Source: Paraglomus brasilianum
Taxonomy: Eukaryota
Reading direction: 5' to 3'
Assembly (NCBI GenBank): GCA_910592345.1
Contig: CAJVPI010000058.1
Span: forward strand, 1 to 63,852
Length of the DNA stretch: 63,852 bases
Below the pieces are notes generated by a model. The model saw nothing but the letters and a program-made list of their open reading frames with translations. It had not been told where the DNA came from and ran no database searches. The translations under genes were made by a program, and so were the position numbers. Of this stretch, positions 38,751 through 53,500 are shown in pieces; the first letter of the stretch is position 1, and every line of letters begins with the position of its first letter.

Positions 38751-39039
38751 ATAGAGTTGGGGCGGGCGGCAGTTTTGGATAGTGCCGCAACTGACATAAA
38801 TTAATATTCTTAACATTATCTTAATAATTATATTTATTTATCGTTTATTTATTTACAATAGCTGAGAATAAAAAAACGCCACGGCAATGCCATATTGGGT
38901 TTGTCATGATCTAGTGCTTGAGAACGAACATTTTAGATTAAGTTAATCAATCGTCTTAAAAGCTTTATTATTTCAGACTCGGTGCGGGTTTGCACTTTTC
39001 TCCTTGACGGGAAAAAAATTAATCTTTCATGTCTTACCA

Positions 39040-41453
39040 CTAGTCGAACTTCATTCGAGTTCCCTGAAACTCCGCAATCATGCCCTTAGCACGTGGGGCA
39101 ATCGCATTTACACCTCTAGCAGCGCCACGCGGACTACCGCCAGCACCTCTGCCAAACGAAGGTTGACCGTAGCTGCCCCCATAGTTGCCTCCACGACCAC
39201 CTCCACGACCACCTCCACGACCGCCTCCACGACCGCCTCCACGACCGCCCCCACGACTGTCCCCACGACCGCCCCCATAACCGCCCCCACGACTGCCTCC
39301 AAAGGTGCTGCCGTATTGAGAACGTTTACGCGGAGTTGATCGGTAGCCATCGTAATTATTTCCACCCCTATGGCTGTTCTTTGACCCCGAAGGACTGTAA
39401 TCCATTTTTAATTGCCGGTTGTTGAGCGTGTGCTTAGAAGTATCGTTAAGCACTCTTTCGGCCGCTGCTATGTCTTCAAAGTCGATGTAAGCAAATCTGT
39501 ATAATCGTAATGATTGGGAAGAAGGAAGTTGTAAGGCATAAAACACAAATTTATTATATGGCAAAGGATGATACTCTTTATGTAAAGTCTTCATACCCTT
39601 TAACCTTCCCAGAATCTTCGAATGTTGGAAGACGTACTCCTACGACGGTCTCGGATTCTCCAAAGAAAGTATATAAATCGTCTTCGGACGTGCTAAATGG
39701 TAAATTACCCACAAAGAGAGTAGAACTGGATTCGGATAATTGTTTCTTATATCCGGTATCCCCATTATGATTATGATTATTATTATTATTAGCGTATACG
39801 CGATCTAATCGTAACAACCGATCATGAAAGTACTCCTTGTTGGAATCCGATAAAGCATTATCAACAGCAGACGCGTCCGCAAATTTAATACGTGCAAAAC
39901 TACAAAGATAATAATGGTCAATAACATAAGCACGGCAGGCAAAGATAACATCAATATTAGAAGTGTATCCAATTTTTACCCCCTGAATTTTCCAGAATCA
40001 GCAAACACCGGCATGTGAATACTGACAATTTCTCCACAATCTCCAAAATGGGTTCGAAGATCTGCTTCTTCAGTCTCCCACGGAAGATTCCCAACAAACA
40101 GCATTGCGCTCTTGTCAGCATTGTTTGTGTTATCGCTCCGATCATTGACATCTTTAATCAGCAGGCTCCGTCCTTCAAGCACTCCCTCGCTAAGCGCCAC
40201 TGCGGCTTTAACAGCATCTGCTGATGAAAAGTCCACGTAGGCAAAGCTATTGTAAGAATGTATTTTGTTACTAAATTTACTGCCAATTAACTGAAAAAAT
40301 CTCTAGCAGTTTACTAGGAGAAACAAGTTAACAGATAATAGAATAAGTAAATGTTGGCTAACCCTTTATGCGTCTGATCCAAGTTTTTTGGTATCTTTAC
40401 TCGTGTAATTTCTCCACACTCTTCAAGAAAACCTCTCAGGCTTTCTTCAGAAGTTTGGTAATTTAGGTTTCCAACCCAAATTCCATGTTGATCATCAGAC
40501 ATTTCTGTTTTAATAAAAGCTTTTGCTGGACTACCGTTTGTAGAGTGACTCTCGATCTTCTTGCTTTCAGCGTCTTCACTATCAGTGTCTTCACTATCAG
40601 TGTGATTTTCGACTTCCTCAGTTTCTACATTTCCATTAGTATTAGAGTTGTCAATTTCAGCGACTCCGTTTGTGACTTCTTCCTCAGAATTGACTTCAGA
40701 ATCGGATATATCAATTTCTGAAGGGTCTTCACGTTTTCGCTTGTTAGACTTTGTGGGCGAAGTTTCAGCATCTTGATGTTTTTCAGAGGCCTTTGATTTC
40801 TTGGGCTTATTACCACTCTCTTCAGTCTTCATTTTCTTAGTTTTCTTTGACTCATTAGATGCATCTGCTTTTAATTCATCATTTATATCTTCGGAAACCT
40901 CTTGTTTGTTCTTTTTTTTAGATTCCCCCTTCTTTGTACTTTTCTCCTTCTTTTTCTTTTCAGCTTTTGATTCGGTACCCTCTTCCTTTTTCTGCTTCCT
41001 CTTCTTCTTCTTAACCTCCTTGTTATCTGCTGCTTTTCTCTTCTTACTTATTGATTCCGATTTATCATCTTCTGCTTGCTGCACCTCTTCAATCTCTTCG
41101 ATATTTCCTGATGACGTATCCTTCTCTTCTGTTTCCTCTAATTCAGCAACTGGCGACGATTCTGTTGTTTGTTGCAACCCTTCCATATTTTCAACGTTTT
41201 CTGTTTTTTTCTTTTTACTTCTTTTCTCGGAATCTCCCGATCTCTTGCTCTTCTTCGGTTTCTCCAGATCAGTTATTGGTTCCGCTTCTCCAGCGTCTGT
41301 CGTTTTCGCCACCTCTTCTATAACTTCCAATTTTTTCTTTTTGACTCTCTTCTCAGTGTTTCCTGAGCCCTTGTCTTTCTTTGATTTGCGTTTTTCATCC
41401 TTTTGCTTCGTTTTCTTAGGGCTTTCCGTTGCGGAATCGGTTTTCTTAGTCAT
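39040..41453 (-). CDS. Nucleolin/Nsr1-like nucleolar RNA-binding protein (K/E-rich N-terminus, 3 RRMs, RGG tail)
   Basis: Long Lys/Glu/Ser-rich exon 1. Three RRMs (IWVGNL/KGFAYVDF; LFVGNL/RGFARIKF; LFVGNL/KGFAYIDF) joined by three GT-AG introns. GGRG repeats and a nucleolin-like terminus FQGTRMKFD*. Confidence 0.9.
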
Positions 41454-41574
41454 TGCTGAGATAGGGTAAGCATTATATAGCTTTGACGCAAAAAAAAACC
41501 AGGTTAGAGAAGAAAAGTGTCATACCTCGTTCCTATATTCGTGAGAATTTGATCGAACACACTCGAAAAGATAC

Positions 41575-41660
41575 CAGAAAATTTTTTTTAAATTTGCAAC
41601 TTTTGTTTTCGGGACACTCACGTGTCCTGATCCATCAAAAAAAAAAATTTTTTTTGAATC
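41575..41660. promoter_or_regulatory. RRPE-like A/T elements upstream of the nucleolin-like gene
   Basis: gaaaatttttttt (~41577) and a long A-run followed by a T-run (~41637-41655) resemble the AAAWTTTT RRPE motif of fungal ribosome-biogenesis genes. A CACGTG lies between them. Confidence 0.35.
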
Positions 41661-43334
41661 GAAAAATCGAGAATTCCAGTGTGACATTACCATTTGTGTA
41701 CATGCTCTTAGATAGACTTGTTTACATAGTTTCTAAGCACCAAATATAGTCGACAATGTAAGAAAATGAATGTATTCCGTGCATTAATACTCTTGTGTTT
41801 AGTAGCTTCGCTCATTAATAGTATTGGTATCTTTTTTTATGGAGAAACATGCTTTGCCCGTAGACTAGGATACTCAAATGAGTATCATGACTACTATACA
41901 ACGAGTGAATGTCTAACAATTAACCATATGCGTATTTTCTCATTGTAGAACGAGGGGAAGTAATCCTCCAGCATCTCAGCTTAACTTACTTGACGCCGCG
42001 TTGGTCACCTTCCGTCAAGATATATTAGCCATTACCAGTAAACCGTTATTCATACCAAAAGACTCTATTAATTGCTATTTATATTAAATAATTATGACTG
42101 AAAATCTGCAAACGGATTAGAATAACAACATAAGAGACCTGGTTAGTTAAACTGAAACGTGACATAAAGATGGTATGGCGGATTATACAGTTTTCGAATG
42201 GACGCTTTGCATCAATGTAGCATCTATTATAGTTCCTACTAATTATCTGTGCCTCAGAACAGTCATAGTCAGTAACTCCTAGACAGCACAAATTATAGGC
42301 AGCAATAAGTACGCGTCGCTGCGCCACATTACGAAATCAATTTATAACACGTGATCGCAAATCGCTCATCTTTTGTTCGCTTTTCAGTTTCTCGAGTGTT
42401 ATTATTATCAAAAGCTGCAGTTAACATGTGCCTGTATTTCAGCCGAGATCCCAGCACACAAATCTTTTCCTTTGAGTCATGGGTTATTTGGCAGAAACTC
42501 TTGGGAAGTACTGAAGGAACGGTTACATTAATGAGGCGAGGAAGGTGCAAGCTATATTGGCAGCAGATAGCGATCTGTGTAAACGGCTTGGTGAACAACT
42601 ACTTGGAGTATCATCAACTTTCTGAATCAATGTTTTAGAAGATTTTAGGCCGCCAATTCCGCGACAAGAGGTTTGTATTTGCGTCGCTTTTATCTCACAT
42701 ATTGAAGAACCTGTATATTGATAAGTTGTTCTTCGAGTAGTTGCAAAAGAAACATGGCATGGAATGTTATGCTCTGGGTCAGTCGAGCGGAGATCATTGC
42801 TTCTGCTTCTTGATAGCTATAAAAAGGGACCGGTGACCTACTCTTCAGCCAGCCATTCAAGGCTAATTGCCGAGCCACAAAACTGGTGCTGGCGCACAGA
42901 TCGCTGTAAATGAGCAAGACTCTGGAACGGACAAATACACACCCTGTATCCAGGCTTATCAAAATCGTTACTTTAATTGTATTTCAAGCTGTAGAAGCGG
43001 AAGCATGATAGACGAGTCGCATCACCCGCATCACCCGCCTCACCCGCCTCACCCGTATCATCACCAACATCACCATCGACGATTGCAGAGTCGCCAATAA
43101 ACGGGAAACAGATATCGATTACTCGATCATAAATAGTGAATTTTATCGAATTCATCACTTAGTATTCGATTTCCCGTCTGCTTGCGAACTATCATTATAT
43201 AAACGACCTTTCCCCCAGGCGGAAAAAGTAAGTTGGTTACTGCTGAAGGTAAAACTGAAGTGGAACCACTTCCCTGGGGTGGCTTCATCTCTTGTAATAA
43301 TAAAATATTGATGTTCGTTATTTATTATTGTAAA

Positions 43335-43417
43335 TGTTGTTGTATTATTGTTGTATTATTGTTGTATTATTGTTGTATTATTGTTGTATTATTGTTGTAT
43401 TATTGTTGTATTATTGT
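43335..43417. repeat. 11-bp tandem repeat (ttgtattattg)n
   Basis: Directly visible, about 7 copies. Confidence 0.9.
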
Positions 43418-43773
43418 TCTTTATTTCGATACCGATACTTTGATGTAAGAATTCCCTAGTGACTAATAAGCATGTTGCGGAACAACTATTTCGTATAAAA
43501 TCATGGCGATTAATAAGTATTCGGTTATTATATTATTCCCTGAATTGACACTTTGCATAAAAGTTCTTCGCAACGATCAATAGAATTCTGCTGATAATTA
43601 TCCTCTTGATGTAACATCTTAGGGAAGCGTGGGAAGTGCTCAGTTTAGAAAAATTACGATTATAAGACCTTATGTTTAATACAAAAAGGCGTTCGTAATA
43701 ATAAAGACGATGTATAACACCGAGAATTTAACGTATTCGTTAGAAGGTTGATACTCTTAATACACAACAAAAA

Positions 43774-43897
43774 GTTATTGTGAATCTATCGTTATTGTGA
43801 ATCTATCGTTATTGTGAATCTATCGTTATTGTGAATCTATCGTTATTGTGAATTTATCGTTATTGTCCATTTATCGTTATTGTGAATTTATCGTTAT
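43774..43897. repeat. 17-bp minisatellite (gttattgtgaatctatc) x ~7
   Basis: Head-to-tail copies starting at 43774, 43791, 43808, 43825, 43842, with variants thereafter. Confidence 0.92.
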
Positions 43898-46800
43898 TTT
43901 GTCCAAGTTTAAAATATCATTTCGCCAATGAGGGAACCTATGCCAAAATGTTAGTAGAGTATTGGAGCCATAGAGTGTGATAGAGACACGAAGCGAAATG
44001 CGGATACTCTTGATGACAGTGGAAAGAGAAATATTAATGTTAAAGCTGAAACCAACCTTCATGAATGAGATAATATCTACGATATAATATATAACGGGTA
44101 TTAGATATTTTATATATGAGCGGCATTTATTCGTCCGCTACGTTTTACCAGGAACATCTGTTGAACCTGACATATTATTTGTTCGTCTGTATAATGAAAC
44201 AGCGATGTTATTAATATATTAACGAAATTAATAGGCCATTAATATTAAGAGTAGCGATTGGATTTGAAATGTTGTAATTCTTATTTGATTGTGGTAGTAT
44301 AAAAGGCCGATAGAGGATATGTCTATTGCCTAAGATATATTCGAGACGCGAATGTAAGTCTGCAAGTGTATTACGAAACACGAATCATGAAAAATAATAG
44401 TCAACGTAAAATCATTCGTCTAGCAATAGTGAAATTATTCGCCTAGCAAAAAGGAAATTATTCGCTAAGAAATAATTGGTAATAATGTCCATTCTTGGAG
44501 ATATTATAATAAAGTTAGCTAAGTCGGTGGCCTCATCACTAAACAGGGCCCTACTGTCGCTGTGAGGGAGCGCAGCCGCCCCGCGAAGGAAACATTTACC
44601 ATTGGCAACGCAATGTTTTTAAGAATATAAACACCATTAGCGTGCCAAAGGAGAGTTATGATGATATCCATAAGGATGTTGCTGAAGGTGATCCAGACTT
44701 TGGTTGCTATTCACTTGATTCAGATTCAAGATTCAGATCCAGTTTCTCTTTTGATATTGAAGCCAAGACACAATGGGTGTTGAATGAAAATCATCATCTG
44801 GTTGACAATTGCAAAAAATGGCTCTCATTAAGGAATATTAACAACGTATGAACAATATTGGTTTCTGCGTAGGCCTGGGAATACACAGGATCTCTATATC
44901 TCCACAGTTATTAATAAGGAGTCTAAAACACTTACTGTCTTAAGAGCATATGGTTATCTTCAGCACCTTGCAAGGAAAGAGTCAAATTCCCAGTAAGTAT
45001 GAGTTTACACAAACAGGGAAATAACCAAGTTAATTCATAAGATCAAGTTTTAACATCCCTATCATCTGAATGCTAATCAAAAGAAATAAGTTACAAAGAA
45101 ACGTTGTTGAGTGACTTGAATAGAGCAAAAGAGGATTGGGACACACCCCTTAGTATTAGAATTAAATAAATAAATTAAAAGTAAGTATTCTTTCCGCTTA
45201 CGCAGGAATGCCTAGATATTTCCTGTTTCACAGAAGAACTACCAAAAAGTATTGAGCAGATTCGAAGTATTACTTTTTCTTTTGTGCTTATGGTATTCAG
45301 CTAATTGCTTGGCAATTAAACCATGATATATGAATTTTCTCCATAATTTTAATATATTTCCCGGTATATACTAAAGGTGGCTATTCCTATCGTACCATCT
45401 GGAATCGTACCAATGTTCTTGCCCTAAAGTACTTTTCCTCTCAATAGGTAAAAGATTATTTTCTCCAAAATACATTAAACGAGCCCAAATTCGTTCTTTC
45501 CACTAGGAGTTTCTCCAATACGCTTTCGTAATATTCATGCCATTTTTTCGGGAGTGTAAGGTCCATAAATTAGCCAATTTAAATCCATTTCAATTAGTCG
45601 ATTATTATAGAGATTAATATACTTAAACGCTTTTAGGCTTTTAGACTTACATGTATACCTGTAACAGGATTATCTGTTTTACGTTTTTTCATATATTACT
45701 AATCGCATAAATAAACTTAGAAGGCTCTTAATAAACTGATGGATTTGCGATTTTTCGACTAACTACAACATACATTCTTATCAGACGCAGAGTTATTGAT
45801 TCTGCATTGGAAACAGGTGTAAATGAGTTGGGATTAATGATAAATGAATAAACAAATGTTGAAATGACACTCGTCAGAACGAGTAACAAACCAGTATACC
45901 ACCATCATACCACCATATTATCATATCATAACATCATCATGCCATCTCACTATATCGTTCACCCTCTCCAATATATTATATTCACTGTATCTAATCCATG
46001 GCCCTAGCCATTCTCTATAGTTACCACAAATGGACTGACAAAATAAAATGGACTATAGAGAGAGTTGATATGCATGGAGCGAACCGACTGTAGAGCAGAA
46101 GCAACGACAGCTTATAATTCGTCTAGACACGTAAACAGAGATAGTCACCCTTCATTGTCGGTGAGTCAGATCCAAACATGCAGTTTACTGCTAAGCAGAG
46201 TGCTCTGTGCATATCCGAGAAAGATTAATAAATCTGTCAAATCGACTCTTGTCATTTTGGTTATACTTGACTTATTGGCAGAAAAATTAACCCTTAATTA
46301 AACTTTGTCAATTCTAGCTCAATTTGCGTCATATTTTACTAACTGAAAAATGTAAACAACAGTATTTTATTACGCGTCTTGAACAAATAAAAGCGGTTTC
46401 AAATTGTGCTATCAAAATGTCAACAAACGCTTACGAACGAAAGATACACGCTTTATTACATTATTGAATGAAAGTGTCCGTTTTGTGCCTGAGCTAACAA
46501 GAAACACAAAGTTATCAGTCTCAACTATGATATAACGTTAAAAACCTGATGCTTTGAAGCATAGAGGCGATAACGGTCGTTCGAAAAAAATAACGGCCAA
46601 TATAGCAAAATCTATCGGCCAAACTGTATGCCGTAATACATCAATATCTATCATTACGTTCTCTTGCCGATAAACTCAACCATGATAATATCGACGTGTT
46701 ATCGTACAATTGGCAGACATCCTGAGGGTTTGGCAATCAAACCAATAATTTGAAATTAATAAACCGAGAATTTTTTTTTTAATATAGATAAGCGTACACG

Positions 46801-47236
46801 GAAGATTAAACGTCTTTGTTTGGGATTGTTTTCGTGTTATTTGACTGGTCTTGGAATCAGAATTGTAGATATAATGTATTATTGCTATTATATTATGATT
46901 ATTATTATGTATGGTGAATAAAAAATAAAATTAAATCTTGTCTCGAAAAGCCGCTCGTTAGAACGTGTAGCATGTCTACCGATTATTGCATTATTGCTAA
47001 CATACACTATAAAAGAAACGAGAATGCAGCAGTTTCCTCGCGATGAGTTAAATGTGTGAGCGACTGTCTTTAAAACTTTTAATAGGCAACCGAGCGCACT
47101 GTGCTAACAAATTATATTGCTCTATTCCTGTTTTGTGTCTACAATGTCGATCATTAACAAAACATAAAATTTGGCCGTAACAATAAGTTTGTACTATTTT
47201 GAAGACAATAGTCTGTATTATTCGCCAATTCTGATA

Positions 47237-47900
47237 CAGTCGACCTCCCACACAGTCACAGGCCAGTCATTTTATAGTGATTTACCTCCTTTGCAGTCAC
47301 AATCATATTACACAATCACCCGATTTTTAAGGCCCTGTTACTATTGTCCAATATGAAAAATTCTTCCTTTATAGTCACTGGTATCTGTGTAACATTTATG
47401 ATTTAGTGTTTGCATTTCCATATTCAGCATAAAGTGACCAAAAGATTGAAAATGTATAATTACATGATTGTCACTTTAAACATCATCACACATTAATTTT
47501 CCTCATTAACCAAATCATGTAAAAGTTTATTCAAAACAAGACCTCAAACTGAGCCTCATAATAAACATGAACAACGTCCAAAAGCAAAGCATAGTGAACC
47601 AGCAAACATTTAATGATAAGTTCATACTTTCTATAGAGTATCTGCTGTTAACAATCAAAGTATCAATAAAAAATTGACACTTACTTTGGAAATGGTTTTA
47701 AATATTTTATTGTTAATGTCATTAACTTTAAAGAAAGAATAATTAACATTAATAGCGACAGTTAATTTCTTTAGTATGGCATATTCTGGTAATATAATCT
47801 TAATTACATGATCATATGTAAACCTTCTAAACAGTCACATTCCAATACAGTCACCAGTTTTGCCTGGTCCCAACTGTGTGACTGTAGGGGAGGTCGACAG
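47237..47900. mobile_element. Non-autonomous Tc1/mariner-pogo-type MITE (664 bp)
   Basis: Imperfect 23-bp TIRs: cagtcgacctcccacacagtcac versus the reverse complement of the right end, ctgtcgacctcccctacagtcac. TA flanks both ends. Subterminal cagtcac motifs; no coding capacity. Confidence 0.85.
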
Positions 47901-50557
47901 TAATAAGATTCCGTTAGACGCGAGAGGCATACAAATATATAAAGCATTGAAACGAAAATCAGTCGACAAATTGAGTAAAAAAAATGCAATTTTAGCCTTT
48001 TCCCCCAATACTTTACAATACAATATCCAGCACTTTTTTTATTTAAAAAGGATTAGTAATCGAGTATTGAAACCATATCAGATCAAAGTTGCAAGTGCTT
48101 TTCCTGACAACTTGCGTGCTATAAAAAGTATGCGGCGGATTGCTTTTAGGTTATTCGATAATTTGTAAGCGGGAAAATTACACCAAGATAACCAACGTAA
48201 ATAAATAAAATCTTTTATCAACAAAAAGCAAACCGTACAACTTTAGGGTTTGAGAGGCCAATAGGCATGTCGAATTCTGATTGCGTTGGACTTTAATTAC
48301 TTCCGCAAACCCAGGAAGAATACCAATGTTGGTCTTACGTGTCTGGTTCAAGACTTAATATTAAATTAGACTGATATGATATACACAATTTCTACCTAGT
48401 TTTTCTATCTCGTTTTGTTAATATTTTATGCAAAAATTTACTTTTTACTGCTTATACGAGTTGTGCTTATAGTACCCAGTTTAAACTTATGGACTCCAAA
48501 TACGAGCGGGTGTATGCATTGAATCTACATGTAATTTTTATTTTCAACTTAATGAGTGACGCCACTGAAGCCGTTTCCCCAGCATGGCTGCCAAACCAGT
48601 TTCCATACAAGTAACTGTCATTTGTTAACCGAAACCCTTTAACCCTTTCGATCATCTACTGAGCAGCAGTTATTTGCCTAATCCTCCCTAAGGTCCGACC
48701 TCGGATCTCGCTTCTAAGGGCAATGTCTGGTATCATCATGCAGACTCGTCATTCTTCTGACATATTCACAGGAATTAACAACCAATCATTATACAGTAAG
48801 TAGAAGCTATCTTTCTACAAGACTATTAATCGAAGGTCGACAACTTTGTAGTTGCTGTGGGTTTTACAGACTTGGAACGACTTTTGAACATAGACGCGCT
48901 CTGAACGTACAAACCGTCAGTCAGATGAAATTTATCGTAACAAGCTAAGGCATCCTGAATTTTGATAAAAAAGTCTAAATTCGGACACGATTTCATATAG
49001 ATTCCAGGGAACTTCAATTAAGGAATAAGCGACAAGCAAAAGTCCCTTCCCATAAAGCGCATAGTACAAGTTAGATAACTAAACTATCGTGAGGTAACTT
49101 ACTAACCATATCAATATTGAAAATGTACAACTCATCCTAAATGTCAATTCGGTAAGTTAACCGTAAAAGTAAGTAACAGCAATTTTTATCAAGACGTTGA
49201 CCAAATAATGCTTGACCGGACAGCTATTATGGAGGAATGAAAATGATGACACTTCGTTGTCCATGATCTACCAATTAAATTCCCGTCCAGTTTCGATGCT
49301 TATGTAATAATCGGATTGCAGTTACATAACAAACAATAATAACGTTCATTTATTATTGTATATGCAATTACCAGTTTGTAATTAATGAGTTTATATTAAC
49401 GTATATTATTGTACTGCAAATGAACATGTATTGTTGAAAGGCGATCAATAATTGAAAATATGTCGTTTGATCTTGGAGAGTTTAATCAACAAGTCTTGTA
49501 AGCTTATTGATATATGAACGAGTAAATTTCTATTTCTGGTAATTGATGCACAAAATAATAATAGAGTTGGAGGTGCTTTTTATAGTCTGATACTTTTTCT
49601 TTTTGAGCCTTTTGCTCTTGCTCTAATTGCTGACGATAAAGAGATTTAATAATAACCGTTAATTGGGTTGTGATGGTGACACGATTTTGGTAATCATCGT
49701 GGCTAAGTTGCGAGACACATATGAAAATTATCGCAAATGGCAGTCGTAATGATAAGACTCATTCTATGACATATACAATACGACGAACCCACCTTTGTAT
49801 AGTGCCATTCAGCATAAGCAATCCAGTCAGGGCAAAACGTGCTTGCCAGAGAGAATATTGTACAGTCGAAAGTCTCGTTTTTAAGTTGTTGATCCGATGT
49901 ATTTTATCTGACTTGTGTCACACGATAGGAACAACAAACTTCCATGAATACAACAAGTATCCACGTGAGTATTAGTAAAATAGAATATGTAGTAATCACC
50001 ATAAATTCGATCATTAGTCAGTCGACAGCATTTGGTTACAACACTGTGTGAGCAGGTTTTCTGTGGAGCTATTTCAAACGTATTTTCAGTCAGCAAATAA
50101 TGATCAGCAAGCTGCATAAGTCCCAAACGAGATTAATTTTTGGGGATGACAATTGTAAATTCATATTATGAAGCAGATCATCTTGTACGAAATGTTACTA
50201 ATTGTAAGTAAGGGTTTGAGCACCTTGGCAATGACTATATACGTCTGCAATAGACATATGATTGTCGAAAGATACTAATACATGTATTGTGTACATGCCA
50301 ATTGAACACTGTAACTCTAATGTCTGATTTTTTCAAAAATATTATATCGTCTTTAGCTATCGTCGTATCATTCATCATACCGCATGCCGTGTGTACAGAT
50401 ACTCACATGTCAATATCCGCGACTTTTGGGGTAAAACGCAAACAATCCTTTACTGGACATTTCCATTATTGTATTGAGATATTATTTGGTCTTACTTTGA
50501 CGTCCAATATATAAATCATCGAGAGAACCACCTCAGTAATTCAAAAACATAGCGACG

Positions 50558-53500
50558 ATGGCTGGACAATTCACAGGTAAATAATAAATAAATGCTTATT
50601 TAGCGCTCATAATGATATGTATATCACAACATATCACATGCACCGTTATGATTATCGTGATCTACATCACAATGTCCCAAATCATTCTGCTTCTCGCTAC
50701 TGATTATTAGGAAACAATGGCCTAAACATAGCTCAAAGGGGGCCGATTAGAGACTTTGTAGGGAAACATGGAGGACACACTCTTATCACAAAGATACTTA
50801 TTGCAAACAACGGTATTGCTGCCGTCAAAGAGATAAGGTCAATCCGAAAATGGGCTTACGAAACATTTGGAGACGAAAGAGCCATTCAATTCACCGTAAT
50901 GGCCACGCCCGAAGATTTAAAAATCAATGCCGAATACATTAGAATGGCTGATCAATACATCGAAGTGCCTGGCGGGCCAAATAATAACAACTATGCTAAC
51001 GTCGCCTTGATAGTGGATATCGTCGAGAGAACAGGAGTAGATGCTGTATGGGCTGGATGGTAATAAATCAAATCCACAAGATCGAAATGCGCGATTTATT
51101 AGACATAGTATGGGATTGTAACCGCATGTATAGAACACAATCTCACTGACAAATAACCACCATCTAGTTGCTGGATTATTATGACATTTCATATTCACTT
51201 TCCTTATTATTTCTTTTTCTCTAGGGGTCATGCATCAGAAAATCCTCGCTTACCAGAAGCTCTGTCTCGTGGCAAGGCTGTCTTTATAGGCCCACCTGGA
51301 TCAGCAATGCGCTCGCTCGGCGATAAAATATCTTCCACAATAGTAGCTCAGTCTGCTGACGTGCCCACTATGGACTGGAGCGGTTCCAACATCACTTCCA
51401 TCGAACATGATGCCGATGGACATGTCACTGTTCCACAGACAGCATACGAAAAAGCATGTATCAAAGATGCAAACGAAGGCCTAATAATGGCAACTAGAAT
51501 AGGATTTCCTGTAATGATTAAAGCATCAGAAGGAGGCGGAGGAAAAGGGATTAGAAAGGTAGAGCATCCCGATCAATTCGAACAAGCTTTCGCGCAAGTA
51601 CAGGGAGAGGTTCCCGGATCGCCAATATTTATAATGAAACTGGCAGGAAATTCTCGTCACCTGGAAGTACAAGTACTGGCTGATCAATACGGCAACGCTA
51701 TCTCACTGTTTGGTAGAGATTGCTCAGTACAACGCAGGCATCAAAAGATTATAGAAGAAGCGCCGGTGACTGTGGCCAAGCCTGATACGTTCGAAGCTAT
51801 GGAAAAAGCAGCTGTACGTCTGGCTAAACTAGTTGGATATGTTAGTGCTGGCACAGTAGAATATCTCTACGATTACGATAGAGATTACTTTTGTTTCTTG
51901 GAATTGAATCCTCGCTTACAAGTCGAACATCCTACAACTGAGATGGTATCTGGCGTTAATCTTCCCGCTGCTCAACTACAAATAGCTATGGGCATTCCTC
52001 TACATCGTATACGGGACATAAGAGTCTTATACGGGTTAGCACCAAACGGAACCTCCGAGATTGACTTTGACTTTTCCAACTCGCAGTCTCTCCAAACACA
52101 ACGTAGACCAGCTCCAAAGGGACACGTAATAGCAGTCAGAATAACGGCCGAGAATCCAGATGCTGGTTTTAAACCGTCGAGTGGAATGATGCACGAATTA
52201 AATTTCAGAAGTAGCACAAATGTATGGGGATATTTTTCAGTCAATTCGGCCGGTGGACTACACGAATTTGCAGACTCGCAGTTTGGGCATATATTTGCGT
52301 ATGGAGAAAATAGACAGCAATCACGTAAGAACATGATCGTTGCGTTGAAGGAACTTTCTATTCGAGGAGACTTTCGTACGACGGTAGAATATCTTATCAA
52401 ATTGTTGGAAACTCAGGCATTCGAAGAGAACACGATTACAACAGGATGGTTAGACATGCTAATATCGGATGAGAACTTGACCGCTGAGAGACCAAATACA
52501 ATGTTGGCTGTCATATGTGGTGCGGTTACCAAAGCCCACAATGCATCGGAAGAGTCAGTAGCAGTGTACGAAAGGTTCTTAGAGAAAGGTCAAATACCAA
52601 GTAAAGACGTCTTACGTACTGTATTTGCCGTTGACTTTATATACCAAAATATCAGATACAAATTCACCGTCACTAGATCAGCACCCAATTCATTCACTCT
52701 ATACATCAACGGATCCATAACACAAGTATCAGTTAGGCCTTTATCTGACGGAGGGCTACTAATTCTATTGGATGGCAAGAGCCATACTTGTTATTTCAGA
52801 GAAGAAGTACAGGGCACTCGATTAATGATAAATAGCAAAACATGTCTATTGGAACACGAAAACGATCCGACTCAATTGCGATCTCCATCTCCAGGTAAAT
52901 TAGTAAGACTTCTCGTTGAGTCGGGCGAACATGTCAAGAAAGGGCAAGCGTATGCTGAGATAGAGGTGATGAAGATGTACATGCCCCTCATCGCCAACGA
53001 AGATGGAACAGTACAAGTCATCAAGCAGCCAAATACGTCGCTTGAGGCAGGAGATATCATTGGAATACTGACATTGGATGATCCGAGTCGTGTTCGTCAC
53101 GCCCAACCGTTTGAAGGACAGCTGCCGCCTATGGGTCCACCTGTTATCATTGGAGACAAACCGCATCAGCGGTTGCAACAAGTGACAAATGTGCTTGAAT
53201 GCATTTTAGATGGATATGATAATCAGGCCATGTTACAGAGTAGTATTAAAGAATTAATGGAGTTGCTGAGAAATTCAGAGCTGCCCTATCACGAGTTTGC
53301 TTCGGTTCTATCCACCCTCTCTGGACGAATTCCTGCAAAACTCGACTCTACATTACATGAACAACTTTATGAATCACGCAAAAATGGACAAGAATTTCCT
53401 GCCAAGAAGTTAAAGGAATTAATCGAGTATTATGGAAATGATCTTGTTGATATGGTTGATTCATCTACATTCACGGCATCAGTAGCTCCATTATTTGATG

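Noticed and set aside
39004..39365. Thr/Ala-rich mucin-like and Val/Glu-rich ORFs
   Set aside because: Antisense and alternative-frame readings of the 12-bp RGG-coding repeats.
40801..41469. 222-aa hydrophobic F/S/L-rich ORF on the + strand
   Set aside because: Antisense shadow of the K/E-rich nucleolin-like exon.
43774..43897. Regular 17-bp repeats as CRISPR or functional array
   Set aside because: Head-to-tail with no spacers; an ordinary minisatellite.
44520..46300. Protein-like fragments (e.g. ORF 44642-44851; minus-strand YGPYTPEK near 45560) and a short GC-rich patch
   Set aside because: Probably decayed repeat or gene debris; no family, termini or splice structure could be supported.
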